A DNA stretch of 64,000 bases from an uncultured Planctomycetota bacterium (GTDB taxonomy: Bacteria > Planctomycetota > PLA2 > JAEUHO01): positions 2,016,001 to 2,080,000 of the forward strand of contig CAVVXN010000005.1 of the NCBI GenBank assembly GCA_963752285.1, written 5' to 3'. Position 1 is the first letter of the stretch. Each line of letters starts with the position of its first letter. The translations under genes were made by a program, and so were the position numbers. The notes under the pieces are model-generated. The model was not told the origin of the DNA, made no database searches, and saw only the letters and a program-made list of their open reading frames with translations. Shown here piece by piece: positions 9,581-19,435 of the stretch.

Positions 9581-10882
9581 ATGGCGCAGAGGATCGTCAT
9601 CCTGGGCGGCGGCTTCGGTGGCGCGTGGTGCGCCCGCGCGCTCGAGCGCCAGGTGCCGGACGCCGACGTCCTGCTCCTCGACCGGAACAACTACTTCGTC
9701 TTCTACCCGCTGCTCGTCGAGGCGGGCACGGGGGCGCTCGAGCCCCGGCACGTCGTGGTGCGCCAACGCTCGCTGCTCCGGCGCGCGCGCTTCCACATGG
9801 GCGAGGTCGTGGGGCTCGACACGGAGCAGCGCGAGGTCCACTACCGGCTGGGCGGGGATGGACGCCCTCGCACGGCCGCGTACGACCATCTGGTGGTCGC
9901 GCTGGGCAGCGTGACGGGCCTGCCTCCCGTGCCGGGCCTCGCGGAGCACGGCTGGGAGATCAAGAGCATCGCCGACGCGATCGCGCTCCAGGACCGTGCG
10001 ATCCGCATGCTCGAGCTCGCGGCCGGGACCGAAGACGACGCGCGTCGCCGCGCGCTCCTGCACTTCGTGATCGTCGGGGGGAGCTTCACCGGCGCGGAGC
10101 TCGCCGGCGAGTACCAGGCCTTCCTCCGGTCGGTGGCGCGGCGCTATCCCCAGCTCGACCCCCGCGCGTGCCGGGTCACGCTCGTGGAGCGCCTGGACCG
10201 GATCCTCCCCGCTCTCTCCCCGTCCCTGTCCGCGTACGCGACGCGGAGGATGCGCCGGCGTGGGATCGACATCCGGCTCGGCCAGAGCGTCGCGAGAATC
10301 GAGGCCGACCGGGTCCACCTCGACGACGGGCAGGTCCTCGACGCGTCCACGACGGTCTGGTGCGCGGGTGTGGCGCCGAACCCCGTCGTGCGGTCCCTGG
10401 GTCTCCCGACGTCGGACGGGGGCTGGATCCGCTGCCGCGAGGACCTCCGGGTGGAGGGCTTCGAGAACGTCTGGGCGATCGGCGACGCCGCGGAGAACCG
10501 CGGTCCCGACGGCCGGCCGTACCCCGCGACGGCGCAACACGCCACCCGGGAGGGCGCGCACCTGGCGAAGAACCTCGCCGCGGCCCTCGCGGGGCGACCG
10601 ACGACGCCGTGCCGGATCGAGAGCGTGGGGTCGCTCGCACCCCTCGGGTGCCGCACGGCCGTCGCGCAGGTATTCGGCCTGAAGGTGTCCGGGTTCCTCG
10701 CCTGGTGGCTCTTCCGCACGGTCTACCTCCTGAAGATGCCGGGTCTCGTCCGCAAGGCCCGCGTGCTCGTGGACTGGAACCTGAACCTCGTCCTGCCGCG
10801 CGAGCCCGTCCAGCTCGGCATCGCGCCCACGTGGGCGCGGCGCCCGCCGGAGACCTTCGCCGGCGGCGACCGCCCCGCCTGA
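9581..10882 (+). CDS. ndh: Type II NADH dehydrogenase / NAD(P)/FAD-dependent oxidoreductase
   Basis: IVILGGGFGG, YDHLVVALGS, IVGGSFTGAELAGE, WAIGDAA and ATAQHA motifs. Confidence 0.85.
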   Translation: MAQRIVILGGGFGGAWCARALERQVPDADVLLLDRNNYFVFYPLLVEAGTGALEPRHVVVRQRSLLRRARFHMGEVVGLDTEQREVHYRLGGDGRPRTAAYDHLVVALGSVTGLPPVPGLAEHGWEIKSIADAIALQDRAIRMLELAAGTEDDARRRALLHFVIVGGSFTGAELAGEYQAFLRSVARRYPQLDPRACRVTLVERLDRILPALSPSLSAYATRRMRRRGIDIRLGQSVARIEADRVHLDDGQVLDASTTVWCAGVAPNPVVRSLGLPTSDGGWIRCREDLRVEGFENVWAIGDAAENRGPDGRPYPATAQHATREGAHLAKNLAAALAGRPTTPCRIESVGSLAPLGCRTAVAQVFGLKVSGFLAWWLFRTVYLLKMPGLVRKARVLVDWNLNLVLPREPVQLGIAPTWARRPPETFAGGDRPA

Positions 10883-10889
10883 CGGCGGG

Positions 10890-11531
10890 TCAGATCAGGC
10901 CGCGACCGAGCGCGGCGAGGGCGGCGCGGGTGCGGTCGCGGACGCCGAGCTTGGAGAGGACGCTCGACACGTGGTTCTTGACGGTGCCCTCGGCGAGCGA
11001 GAGCACCGCGGCGATCTCGACGTTGCTGAAGCCGCGCGCGACGAAGCGGAGGATCTCGATCTCGCGGTCGGTCAGGTCGTTCACGGCTCGCGTCGCGAAG
11101 GCGGGCTCCCCCACCCGGGCGAGGCCGCCGAGGATCCGCTGGCGGGACCCCGGCTGGACCCACGTGCCACCCGCCGCGACCGCGCGGACCGCCTCCACGA
11201 GCTGGTCGATCGACGCGTCCTTGATCAGCCATCCGCGCGCGCCCTCGGCGAGCCCGCGCTCGAGGACCCGGTCGTCGTCGAACGTGGTCAGGAGGATGAC
11301 CGCCGGCGGGTCGGGCCGGCGCGCGAGCGCACGCAGCACGCCGAGGCCGTCGATCCGCGGAAGGCGCACGTCGAGGAGCACGACGTCGGGACGTGCCGCG
11401 GGGATCGCCTCGAGCGCGGCCGCGCCGTCCGCCGCCTGGCCGACGACCTCGAGGCCCTCGGCCAGCGAGAGGAGGCTCGCGAGCCCCGAGCGCACGAGCT
11501 CGTGGTCGTCCACGAGGAAGACGCGGATCAC
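10890..11531 (-). CDS. NarL/LuxR-family response regulator
   Basis: GTG start; REC domain (LVDDH, LLDVRLP, LTTFDDD) and LuxR HTH (LTDREIEIL..SNVEIA..GTVKNHVS). Confidence 0.93.
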   Translation of the reverse strand: MIRVFLVDDHELVRSGLASLLSLAEGLEVVGQAADGAAALEAIPAARPDVVLLDVRLPRIDGLGVLRALARRPDPPAVILLTTFDDDRVLERGLAEGARGWLIKDASIDQLVEAVRAVAAGGTWVQPGSRQRILGGLARVGEPAFATRAVNDLTDREIEILRFVARGFSNVEIAAVLSLAEGTVKNHVSSVLSKLGVRDRTRAALAALGRGLI

Positions 11532-12658
11532 GCGCTCCCTCCCGGCAGCGGGAGCTCCCCGCGCACGAGGAACCCGCCTCCCGGGGCGTTCTCCGCCACG
11601 AAGGTCCCCCCGAGGCGCGTCACGCGCTCCCGCAGGCCGACGAGGCCGGAGCCGCCCGCGCGGGCCTCCGCCCGGCCGTGGCCGTCGTCCCGGACCTCGA
11701 GCACGAGCCGGCCGCCCTCCTCGCGCACCGAGACCCGGACGGCCTCCGCGCCCGCGTGCCGGATCGCGTTGGTGACCGCCTCCTGGACGCAGCGGAGCGC
11801 AGCCTCCGCCGCCGGCCGATCGGCGCGCGCGAGGTCCCCGCTCACGTCGACCTCGATCCTCGGGCGCGGCACCGACGCGGCGATGCCGCGGAGCGCTTCC
11901 ACGAGCGGCACGGCCGCGTCCTCGCGCGTCGCGGAGACGAGCTGACGCAGATCCGCGAGCACGCGGCCCGCGAGCTCGGCGCCCGTCTGAAGATGATCGC
12001 GGGACGTCGCGCCCTCGTGTCGCAGCGCGGCCTCCAGGTTGACGCGGAGGGCGACGAGGTCGTGGCCGATCGCGTCGTGGAGATCGGCCGCGATGCGGTC
12101 GCGCTCCGCGTGTCGGATGTGGTCCGCGGCGAGCGTGCGCTCCGCGGTCAGGGCGACGTACGCCGCCGCCAGGTCGCGGCGCGCGCGCGCCTCTCGTTCG
12201 ACGAGCGCGCCCACGAAGTACGCGAAGAGCATGAACCCCGCGAAGGTGCCCGTCATGGCGACGACGCTCCACGCGGGGGCGTGCCGCCAGAGGAACGCGG
12301 CCGCCGCCGCCTGGGCGGCGATCCAGACGAACGCCGGCGCCGCCGGCAGCGCGAACGGGAGCTGCGCGGCCACGACGACCGTCAGCACGAAGGTCGCGGA
12401 GGAAGGGATGAGCGCGGCGAGGGCGAACGCCGCCAACGTCTCGACGGCGAGAAGGGCGCGGAAGGCCGTGACCGCGCGACGGGGGGACGTCGCCACGAGG
12501 AACGCCCCGAGGAAGACGACGAGGGCGGCCACGCCGCCGAACCGGACGCCGGAGGAGAGATCGAGCGAGACGAGGGGCGGCACGGCGGCGGAGGTGGCGG
12601 CGATCCAGCCGGCGAGTCGCAGGCCGAGGAGCGTGGAGGGGGACGGGCGCGGGGGCAT
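11528..12658 (-). CDS. DesK/NarX-type (HisKA_3) membrane sensor histidine kinase
   Basis: About 5 TM helices; ERDRIAADLHDAIGH H-box, EAVTNAIRHA, DDGHG and GSGLVGLRER motifs; 4-bp overlap with the regulator. Confidence 0.92.
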   Translation of the reverse strand: MPPRPSPSTLLGLRLAGWIAATSAAVPPLVSLDLSSGVRFGGVAALVVFLGAFLVATSPRRAVTAFRALLAVETLAAFALAALIPSSATFVLTVVVAAQLPFALPAAPAFVWIAAQAAAAAFLWRHAPAWSVVAMTGTFAGFMLFAYFVGALVEREARARRDLAAAYVALTAERTLAADHIRHAERDRIAADLHDAIGHDLVALRVNLEAALRHEGATSRDHLQTGAELAGRVLADLRQLVSATREDAAVPLVEALRGIAASVPRPRIEVDVSGDLARADRPAAEAALRCVQEAVTNAIRHAGAEAVRVSVREEGGRLVLEVRDDGHGRAEARAGGSGLVGLRERVTRLGGTFVAENAPGGGFLVRGELPLPGGSA

Positions 12659-12693
12659 GCGGAAGGGATACGGGCTCCGCGGTCTCCCGACCC

Positions 12694-12732
12694 GTGCCGG
12701 AAGTCATGGAAGCGCACCATGACCTCCGGCAC
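12694..12732. promoter_or_regulatory. 16-bp inverted repeat, putative operator of the NarL-type regulator
   Basis: GTGCCGGAAGTCATGG-aagcgca-CCATGACCTCCGGCAC (1 mismatch) between the divergent kinase and TPR genes. Confidence 0.6.
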
Positions 12733-12763
12733 GCGCGCGAGGACGGCTTCTCTAGCAGGATCG

Positions 12764-13634
12764 GTGCACGACGCCCAGACGGAGCCTCCCCATCGAGACG
12801 AAGCCGTTCGCCCTCGGACTCTCCCTGCTCGCGATCGCCCTCGCCGGCGCTGGCGTCGTGGCCGGTCTGGCCGCGGGTTCCCACGTCACGATCTCTCCCT
12901 CCGACGCCGCGCGGACGGCCGATCGGGACGCGCCCAGGACGGCCGAGGCCGCACCGGTGGCGGTCCTCGTCGGGGCGCCGGACGCGCAGCCGTCGGAGGC
13001 GCCCCGCCCGGTGCCGGCGGTCCCGGCGCCGGACGCGGAGTCGCCGACGACCCCGGAGGACGCAGGCCCGACCGCCGACGAGCTGGAGCGGATCGAGAAG
13101 GCGGTCCTCGCCGGAGAGGCGAGCCCCGAGGAGGTCGCGCGGTTCTGGAAGCTCGCGCGGACCTCGCGCGGGCTCGACGACCTGATCCTTCGGCTCGAGA
13201 AGGGCGTCGCCGAGGCGACCGACCCCGTCGCGGCGCGGATGAACCTCGCGCGGGCCTACGTGGCGAAGCTCTACACGGTGCCGAACGGCCCCGAGCGGGG
13301 GGCGTGGGCGAGCCGGGCCGAGACGGAGTGGCGCGCGGTGCTCGCAGAGGACGCGCGAAACGAGGAGGCGCGGATGAGCCTCGCGATCAGCCTCTCCCAG
13401 TGGCCCGACTTCTTCGGGAAGACGCCGGAGGCGATCCGCCAGCTCGAGACCCTCAAGACCCAGCAGGAGGCCGACGCCCCCGAGGCCGGGCAGGCCGCCA
13501 CGTGGCTTCGCCTTTCCGAGCTCTACCTCGGGCGCGGCCGACGAGACGACGCGACACGTCTCCTGCGAGACGGCGCGGCCCGGTTCCCCGACGACACCCG
13601 CTTCGCGGAGGCGCTCCACGCCGCCGGCGGGTAG
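12764..13634 (+). CDS. Membrane-anchored tetratricopeptide-repeat protein (start uncertain)
   Basis: TPR-like helices (ARMNLARAY, EARMSLAISL, TWLRLSELYLGRG). An in-frame hydrophobic anchor (FALGLSLLAIALAGAGVV) extends upstream of the ORF-track start at 12858; the GTG at 12764 is one base out of frame. Confidence 0.65.
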
Positions 13635-13651
13635 CGGCCGAGGGGCGACCC

Positions 13652-15493
13652 TCACTCCGCCTTCGTGCCCTTCACGTACCCCACACCGTTGAAGAACCCG
13701 ATCGCGGCCTCGGCGCCCTGCGAGGGGACCGGGTGCGGCACGTCGAACTCGGCCCAGCGTCCTCCGCCGAGCTCCACGCGGAGCTTCTTCGCCGCGATCT
13801 GATAGCGCACCTCGAGCGTGTGCCACGAGGGCTCGGTCGCCGTCCCGACCGCGAGGGGCTGGTCGTAGGACACGGACCCGAGATTCCGCCAGAGGCCGTT
13901 TCGGAACCAGAAGAGCACGATCCGCTTCGGCAGGACCGCGACCTTCAGGAACTCCTCGCTGTGCCGGCCCTCCCAGAGCACGGGATACACGTCGAGCTGC
14001 TGCTGCCCGGAGGGGTGGAACGAGAACGTCGTCTCGATGCGCGCGCCGTCGGCCCGATCGAGCTCCGCGGGCAGGACGACCCGCGCGGCCACGTCGGGCA
14101 CGCTCACGATCCGCCAGCCGCCCCCGTCGGTGTCGAGGTAGCCCGCCGTCGCGGCGGGCGGTCGGCTCTTCCCGGACCTCGCCGCCGCCTCGACGCGATC
14201 GAGGAGCGTGGCGAGCGACCCGAAGCTGCGGGCCGCCTCCTCGCCCGCGCGGATCGACGCGTCGGGCGCCACGACCTCGGACGAGACGGCGGACACGAGC
14301 GCCGCGAAGGGCTTCGCCTGGGACGCCATCTCGCGGACCAGCAGGTAGGCCGTCGTGTAGTACCCGGTCCGCCCGCTCTGCATCGACCCGCCGAGGAGGT
14401 CCGCGAGCGGGGGCACGGCCCCGACGCGGTCGGCGTGCAGCCAGCCGCCGAGGAAGAGGTCGTGGACCGCGCGGCCGTCGGCCGGCGACTCGGCCGCGAG
14501 CGCGCGCTCGGCACCGACCTCGGCGAGCCCCTCGGCGAACCAGTCGGGCCAGCACGTCGCGCCGCAGGCCCGGCCGGCCACCTGGTGGTGGAGCTCGTGG
14601 AGCACCAGCGCGCGGATCTTGAGAGGGAGCACCGAGGTGGCCAGCGCGTCGTCGTCGCTCCGGGGCCCATAGCGCAGGTAGGACCACCGGGTGATCGACG
14701 AGGTGAACGCCCACGCGTCGTGGAACGCGCCGCCCGTGACGAGCGAGTCGAGTCGATCGTAGGCGTTCGCGTCGGCGACGAGACACAGGTCGTAGGGCCC
14801 GTCGGGCGCGTCCACGCCGAGCAGGTCCGCCTGCACCTTCAACGACGCCGCGGCGGACCGCGCGAGGCGCTCGAGCGCTTCGGGCGCGTGCACGTCGGAG
14901 TGGATCCGGACCGGCCCCGACGTGGTGGTCGCGAGCGGCGAGACGATCGCGTCGTGTCGGTCTCTCGGGACGTAGCGGTAGCCGAGCGAGATCCCCCCGG
15001 CCGAGATCGAGACCTGGACGGCCCCGTCGGCGGCCGACACGGCGCCCGACGCGTCCACCTCGGCCGGGTCCACGATCCAGAAGGGCCGCGCGGCGAGGCG
15101 CCGTCCCGAGGCGTCGTCGAGCACGAGCAAGGGGGCCTTCTCTCCGTACGCGAGGCCGAGGTGGTACGCGCCCCCCGGGACGGCCGTCTCGCAGAACCAG
15201 CCCGGCCCGGGGAGGACGACCCGGGCGACGTCCTCCACCTCGCGCCCCTCGCGAACGACGTCCAGCATGCCGCGGGAGAAGAGCGGCGCGACCCGGACGG
15301 TGAGATCCACGCCGCCCGCCACGGCGTGCCCGCCGAAGCCCGCCGATCGGACGGCGTCGAGGAAGGCCTTCCCCGCCTCCGTCGCGGGCGCGTTGGGCGG
15401 CGGGTCGCCCCGCGCCGCGGGCGTTCGAAGCGCGAGCGTCGCCGCCACCGCGAGGGCGGCGAAGAGGGCGAGGGTGGGCGCTCCTCGGGTCAT
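13652..15493 (-). CDS. Secreted gluzincin-like metallopeptidase-domain protein
   Basis: Signal peptide; HELHH...WFAEGLAE zinc-binding motif; beta-rich C-terminal domain. Confidence 0.7.
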   Translation of the reverse strand: MTRGAPTLALFAALAVAATLALRTPAARGDPPPNAPATEAGKAFLDAVRSAGFGGHAVAGGVDLTVRVAPLFSRGMLDVVREGREVEDVARVVLPGPGWFCETAVPGGAYHLGLAYGEKAPLLVLDDASGRRLAARPFWIVDPAEVDASGAVSAADGAVQVSISAGGISLGYRYVPRDRHDAIVSPLATTTSGPVRIHSDVHAPEALERLARSAAASLKVQADLLGVDAPDGPYDLCLVADANAYDRLDSLVTGGAFHDAWAFTSSITRWSYLRYGPRSDDDALATSVLPLKIRALVLHELHHQVAGRACGATCWPDWFAEGLAEVGAERALAAESPADGRAVHDLFLGGWLHADRVGAVPPLADLLGGSMQSGRTGYYTTAYLLVREMASQAKPFAALVSAVSSEVVAPDASIRAGEEAARSFGSLATLLDRVEAAARSGKSRPPAATAGYLDTDGGGWRIVSVPDVAARVVLPAELDRADGARIETTFSFHPSGQQQLDVYPVLWEGRHSEEFLKVAVLPKRIVLFWFRNGLWRNLGSVSYDQPLAVGTATEPSWHTLEVRYQIAAKKLRVELGGGRWAEFDVPHPVPSQGAEAAIGFFNGVGYVKGTKAE

Positions 15494-15637
15494 CGGTCCT
15501 CCCCGGCGGCGGAGACCCTCCGCCCCCTTCGAACGCTACCCAGGACGCGAACCCCGCGCACGCCTCGAGGCTCGGGGCCCCGGTTGCGGTCGGCAGGCCC
15601 CGCTCCTCCCGGGACGCTGACCGGGGAGGCGACGACC

Positions 15638-16594
15638 TTGGACGTACCGCTCTGGGCATGGATCGCGTTCGGGCTCACCGTGCTCGTTCTCCTGGGGCTC
15701 GATCTGCTCGCCCACCGGGGCGAGAAGGAGGAGTCGTGGCCGCGCGCCGTCACGTGGAGCGGGATCTGGGTGGGCACGGGGCTCCTCTTCGGGGGGTTCG
15801 TCTGGGCCCTCTTGGGCGGCGCCGCGGCGGGCGACTACCTCGCGGCCTGGCTCATCGAGAACTCGCTGAGCATCGACAACCTCTTCGTGTTCCTGATCAT
15901 CTTCCGAAGCCTCGCCGTGCCCCGGAGGTACCAGGCGGACGTCCTCCTCTGGGGCATCTTCGGCGCGGTCGTCTTCCGCGCGGGCTTCATCGTCCTCGGC
16001 GCGGCGGCGCTCGACCGCTGGGCGTGGGTGTCGTACCTGCTCGGTGGGTTCCTCCTGATCGCGGCGTGGCGGGTCGCTCGCGAGGACCCCGAACCGAAGG
16101 AGGAGAACGCGACGGTGCGGTGGCTGTCCAAGCACCTGCCCGTCACGCACGAGATCCACGGCAAGCACTTCGTGGCCCGCGTCGGCGGCCGGCGCGTCCT
16201 CACGCCGCTCCTGGTCGCACTGATCGCCCTCGAGCTGTCGGACGTGCTGTTCGCCGTAGACTCCGTGCCCGCCGCCCTGTCGGTGACCCGCGTCCGGTTC
16301 CTCGTGTACACGTCGAACATCTTCGCGATCCTCGGGCTCCGCGCGATGTACATCGTGCTCGCACGAAGCATCGGCCGCCTGCGCTACCTCCACTACGGCC
16401 TCGCCCTCGTGCTCGCCTTCGCGGCGTTCAAGATGATCGCCGATAGGTGGGTCCACGTCTCGGGCCTCCAGTCGGTCGCCCTCATCGTCGCCATCATCGG
16501 CGCGGCGGCGTGGGCGAGCCTCCGCGCGGACCGGGCCGAGGCGCGGGGGGCGCGCGCCGCGCCCGTGGGCCCCGACGCGTCGGACCCGGAGTAG
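15638..16594 (+). CDS. TerC/Alx-family metal homeostasis membrane protein
   Basis: TTG start after GGGGAGG; ENSLSIDNLFVF, DVLFAVDSVPA and SNIFAILGLRAMY motifs. Confidence 0.92.
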   Translation: MDVPLWAWIAFGLTVLVLLGLDLLAHRGEKEESWPRAVTWSGIWVGTGLLFGGFVWALLGGAAAGDYLAAWLIENSLSIDNLFVFLIIFRSLAVPRRYQADVLLWGIFGAVVFRAGFIVLGAAALDRWAWVSYLLGGFLLIAAWRVAREDPEPKEENATVRWLSKHLPVTHEIHGKHFVARVGGRRVLTPLLVALIALELSDVLFAVDSVPAALSVTRVRFLVYTSNIFAILGLRAMYIVLARSIGRLRYLHYGLALVLAFAAFKMIADRWVHVSGLQSVALIVAIIGAAAWASLRADRAEARGARAAPVGPDASDPE

Positions 16595-16603
16595 CCGAGT
16601 ACC

Positions 16604-18622
16604 TCAGCGGGAGCGGCGCCCCGATTTCAGGTAGCGGTCGAACCAGCGGACGATGTGGCGGAGGCGCTCGATCCGGCGGTCCGTGCGGCCCGTCCGGGAG
16701 AGGCCGTGCGGCTCGTCGGGGAAGCGGACCATCTCGGTGGGGACGCCGAGGCGCTTCAACGCGACGAAGATCTGCTCGCCCTGCTCGATGGCGCAACGCA
16801 GGTCCTGCTCGCTGTGGATCACGAGCGTCGGCGTCTTGGCGTTCCCGATCGACTTCATGGGCGACCGGTCCCAGTACGCCTCGACCGCCTCCCACGGGGC
16901 CTGGTCCCCGACCTCCGCCTGGAAGATCCAGTTGAAGTCGCTCGAACCCCACATGCTGAGCATGTTGCTCACGCTGCGCTGGGTCACCGCCGCGCCAAAC
17001 CGGTCCGTATGCCCGATGATCCAGTTCGTCATGTAGCCGCCATAGCTCCCGCCCGTCACGCCCAGGCGGTTCGCGTCCACGTACGGGAGCTTCGCGACGC
17101 GCTCGGCGAACGCCATGACGTCGTCGTAGTCCACGGTCCCCCACGCGCCCCAGGTCGCCTTCGCGTGCGCCTCGCCGTAGCCGCGTCCGCCTCGCGGGTT
17201 CGAGAACGCCACGACGTAGCCCTGGGCGGCGAGGAGCTGGAACTCGTGCATGAAGATCCGCCCGTACTGGACGAGCGGACCGCCGTGGATCTCGACGATG
17301 GCGGCGTGCTTCTTCTTCGTCCTCGCACCCGGCGGACGGAGGACCCATCCCTGGAGCCGGTGGCCCCCCCCGCCCTCGAACCACAGTTCCTCCGTGCGAC
17401 CGAGGTCCACTCGCCGCAGCCAGGAGTTCGTCCGGGTGAGGACGCGCGTGTCGCCGCTCTCGAGGTCCCTCGTGCGGATCTGGCCCGGGTCGTCCATCTC
17501 GCCGAAGACGTACGTGACCCGACGCTCCTCCGGGTCGAGATCGTAGGCGCCGACCACGCCCGGGTCCCCGACGACGGTCCGAAGGTCGCTCCCGTCCACG
17601 GCCACGGAGAGGAGCTCCGTGTTCCCCTCGCGCGTCACCTGGAAGAAGATACGCGAACCGTCCTTCGACCACCGCGGCGGCGGGAAATCGGGCTCGCCGA
17701 CGTCGTTGATCGTCCACGCGGAGACGTGGACGTCGTAGGCCGCCGTGAGGTTCTGGGCGGGCCCCCTCCCGTCGAAGGGGACGACCCACAGCGCGTCGTT
17801 CCGCCACCACTGGTTCTTCCCCTCGATCCCCACGTACGCGACCCGCTTCCCGTCCGGCGAGACGGCGGGCAGCGTCTTCGCACCGACCGGCGTCGGGATC
17901 CGCCGGGGCTTGCCGCCGCGCGCGGGGATCGCGAAGAGGTCGATCTCCTCCGGGTCCAGATCCGGCTCGTCCGTGCGGTTCGAGACGTACACGAGGTGCT
18001 TCCCGTCGGGCGTGAACGCCGGCGCGAGCTCGTCGTGCACGGGGTCGTCCGTCAACGCCTGCGCACGTCCCGTCCTCGTGTCCACGAGCCACAGGTGCCA
18101 GCGCTCCTTCGGCAAGTGGCCCGCGCCGTCGAGCTTGAAGAACGTGCGCGTGACGTGCCGCGCCACGACGCCGAGCCTCCTCGCGCGCTCGTCCTTGTCG
18201 CGCTGGAGCTCCTCGGCGTCCTTCCTCCGGAAGACGATCACGAGGTGTCGTCCGTCGGGAGACCACTCGAGCGCCTGGAACGCGCCCTTCAGGTCCGTCA
18301 GCGGCCGCGCCTCGCCCCCGCCGAACGGGAGGAGGTGGACCTGGGGCTGCTTCTCGTCCTGCCGGTTCGAGACAAACGCGATCGTGCCCCCGTCGGGCGA
18401 CCACCGCGGCATCGTGTCGACGTGGTCGCCGTAGGTGAACCGCGCGGGGCGCCCGCCTTTCGTCGGGACGACCCAGAGGTCCTGGTATTTCTTCTCGCTC
18501 TCCCGGTCCACGCGCTCCACGGCGTAGACGACGTGCCGACCGTCGGCAGAGAGCCGGCTCCCCGCGATCCGTTCCAGTCGGTACAGGTCCTCGGCCGAGA
18601 TCCGGCGCTTCTTCGTGGGCAT
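16604..18622 (-). CDS. S9 family peptidase (dipeptidyl aminopeptidase/acylaminoacyl peptidase)
   Basis: PD40-like WSPDG propeller repeats; IHGGP; GGSYGG nucleophile; HSEQDLRC (Asp); EPHGLSR (His). Confidence 0.93.
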   Translation of the reverse strand: MPTKKRRISAEDLYRLERIAGSRLSADGRHVVYAVERVDRESEKKYQDLWVVPTKGGRPARFTYGDHVDTMPRWSPDGGTIAFVSNRQDEKQPQVHLLPFGGGEARPLTDLKGAFQALEWSPDGRHLVIVFRRKDAEELQRDKDERARRLGVVARHVTRTFFKLDGAGHLPKERWHLWLVDTRTGRAQALTDDPVHDELAPAFTPDGKHLVYVSNRTDEPDLDPEEIDLFAIPARGGKPRRIPTPVGAKTLPAVSPDGKRVAYVGIEGKNQWWRNDALWVVPFDGRGPAQNLTAAYDVHVSAWTINDVGEPDFPPPRWSKDGSRIFFQVTREGNTELLSVAVDGSDLRTVVGDPGVVGAYDLDPEERRVTYVFGEMDDPGQIRTRDLESGDTRVLTRTNSWLRRVDLGRTEELWFEGGGGHRLQGWVLRPPGARTKKKHAAIVEIHGGPLVQYGRIFMHEFQLLAAQGYVVAFSNPRGGRGYGEAHAKATWGAWGTVDYDDVMAFAERVAKLPYVDANRLGVTGGSYGGYMTNWIIGHTDRFGAAVTQRSVSNMLSMWGSSDFNWIFQAEVGDQAPWEAVEAYWDRSPMKSIGNAKTPTLVIHSEQDLRCAIEQGEQIFVALKRLGVPTEMVRFPDEPHGLSRTGRTDRRIERLRHIVRWFDRYLKSGRRSR

Positions 18623-18673
18623 CGACGCTCCTCGCACGGGGAGCGCGGAGCGTAGCGCGACGCGCCCCCGGCG

Positions 18674-19435
18674 TCACCCGTGCGGCGCGAGGGTCTCGAG
18701 CTCGGCGAGGTACTTCGGGAGCATCGCCCGCCACGTCGTCCAGTCGTGGCGCCACTCGACGCCCCAGGGATCGACTCGGTTGGGGATCCCTCGGCTCCCG
18801 AGGACGTGGGCCATCCGCCACGACTCGGACGGGTCCTCCCACTCGCCTTCGCCGGTCGCCAGGATCAGGAACCGCTCGCGGAGCCGCGAGAGTTGGGCGG
18901 ACGCTCCCAGGTTGGGGAGGAAGTGCATCGGCGAGGAGAAGTAGAGGTCTTGCCCGTGGTCGGCCGGGTCCAGCCACTTCGACGGGTCGTACGTGCCGCT
19001 CATGCCGATCGCGAGGCAGAACAAGTCCGGGTGGCGGCAGAGCGTGGCGACCGCGTTGAACGCCCCGATCGACGCGCCCGCCACGACGATCGAGATGTCG
19101 GGCGTGCGACAGTCCTCACGGATCCACGGGACCAGCTCTCCCGCCACGAACCGGTCGAACGCATTCTGGACGTGCGGGTACCAGCCCGGCGGCCGTTCGC
19201 GCCGGCGTACGAGCGCCTGGCCGGCGAGGCTGTCGCACGAGTAGACCTTGACCCGCCCCGCGTCGATCAGCGGCGCGAGGGCCTGGATCATCAGGAACCG
19301 CTCGCACTCCTCGGCGTCGCCGCCCGCGGTCGGGAAGAGGAGAACCGGCACCCCGAACGTGCCCCACCGGCAGCAGCCGACCTCGCTTGAGAGATGCTGG
19401 GAGGCGATCTGGATCGAAAGCTTCGTGTCGCTCAC
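18674..19435 (-). CDS. Alpha/beta-hydrolase (putative esterase)
   Basis: GTG start overlaps the upstream stop; PVLLFPTAGG, GASIG nucleophile elbow, MSGTYD and HDWTTW motifs. Confidence 0.85.
   Translation of the reverse strand: MSDTKLSIQIASQHLSSEVGCCRWGTFGVPVLLFPTAGGDAEECERFLMIQALAPLIDAGRVKVYSCDSLAGQALVRRRERPPGWYPHVQNAFDRFVAGELVPWIREDCRTPDISIVVAGASIGAFNAVATLCRHPDLFCLAIGMSGTYDPSKWLDPADHGQDLYFSSPMHFLPNLGASAQLSRLRERFLILATGEGEWEDPSESWRMAHVLGSRGIPNRVDPWGVEWRHDWTTWRAMLPKYLAELETLAPHG

Noticed and set aside
15494..15637. yybP-ykoY Mn riboswitch upstream of terC/alx
   Set aside because: It is expected from context, but I could not find the conserved GGGGAGUA and associated motifs. Only a weak hairpin over the RBS is visible. 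An Infernal search would settle it.
10890..16594. Giant ORFs of 1589 and 1733 aa, and similar Arg/Pro-rich ORFs across the window
   Set aside because: These are stop-poor shadow frames of high-GC DNA. Only their terminal parts (response regulator, TerC) are real genes.
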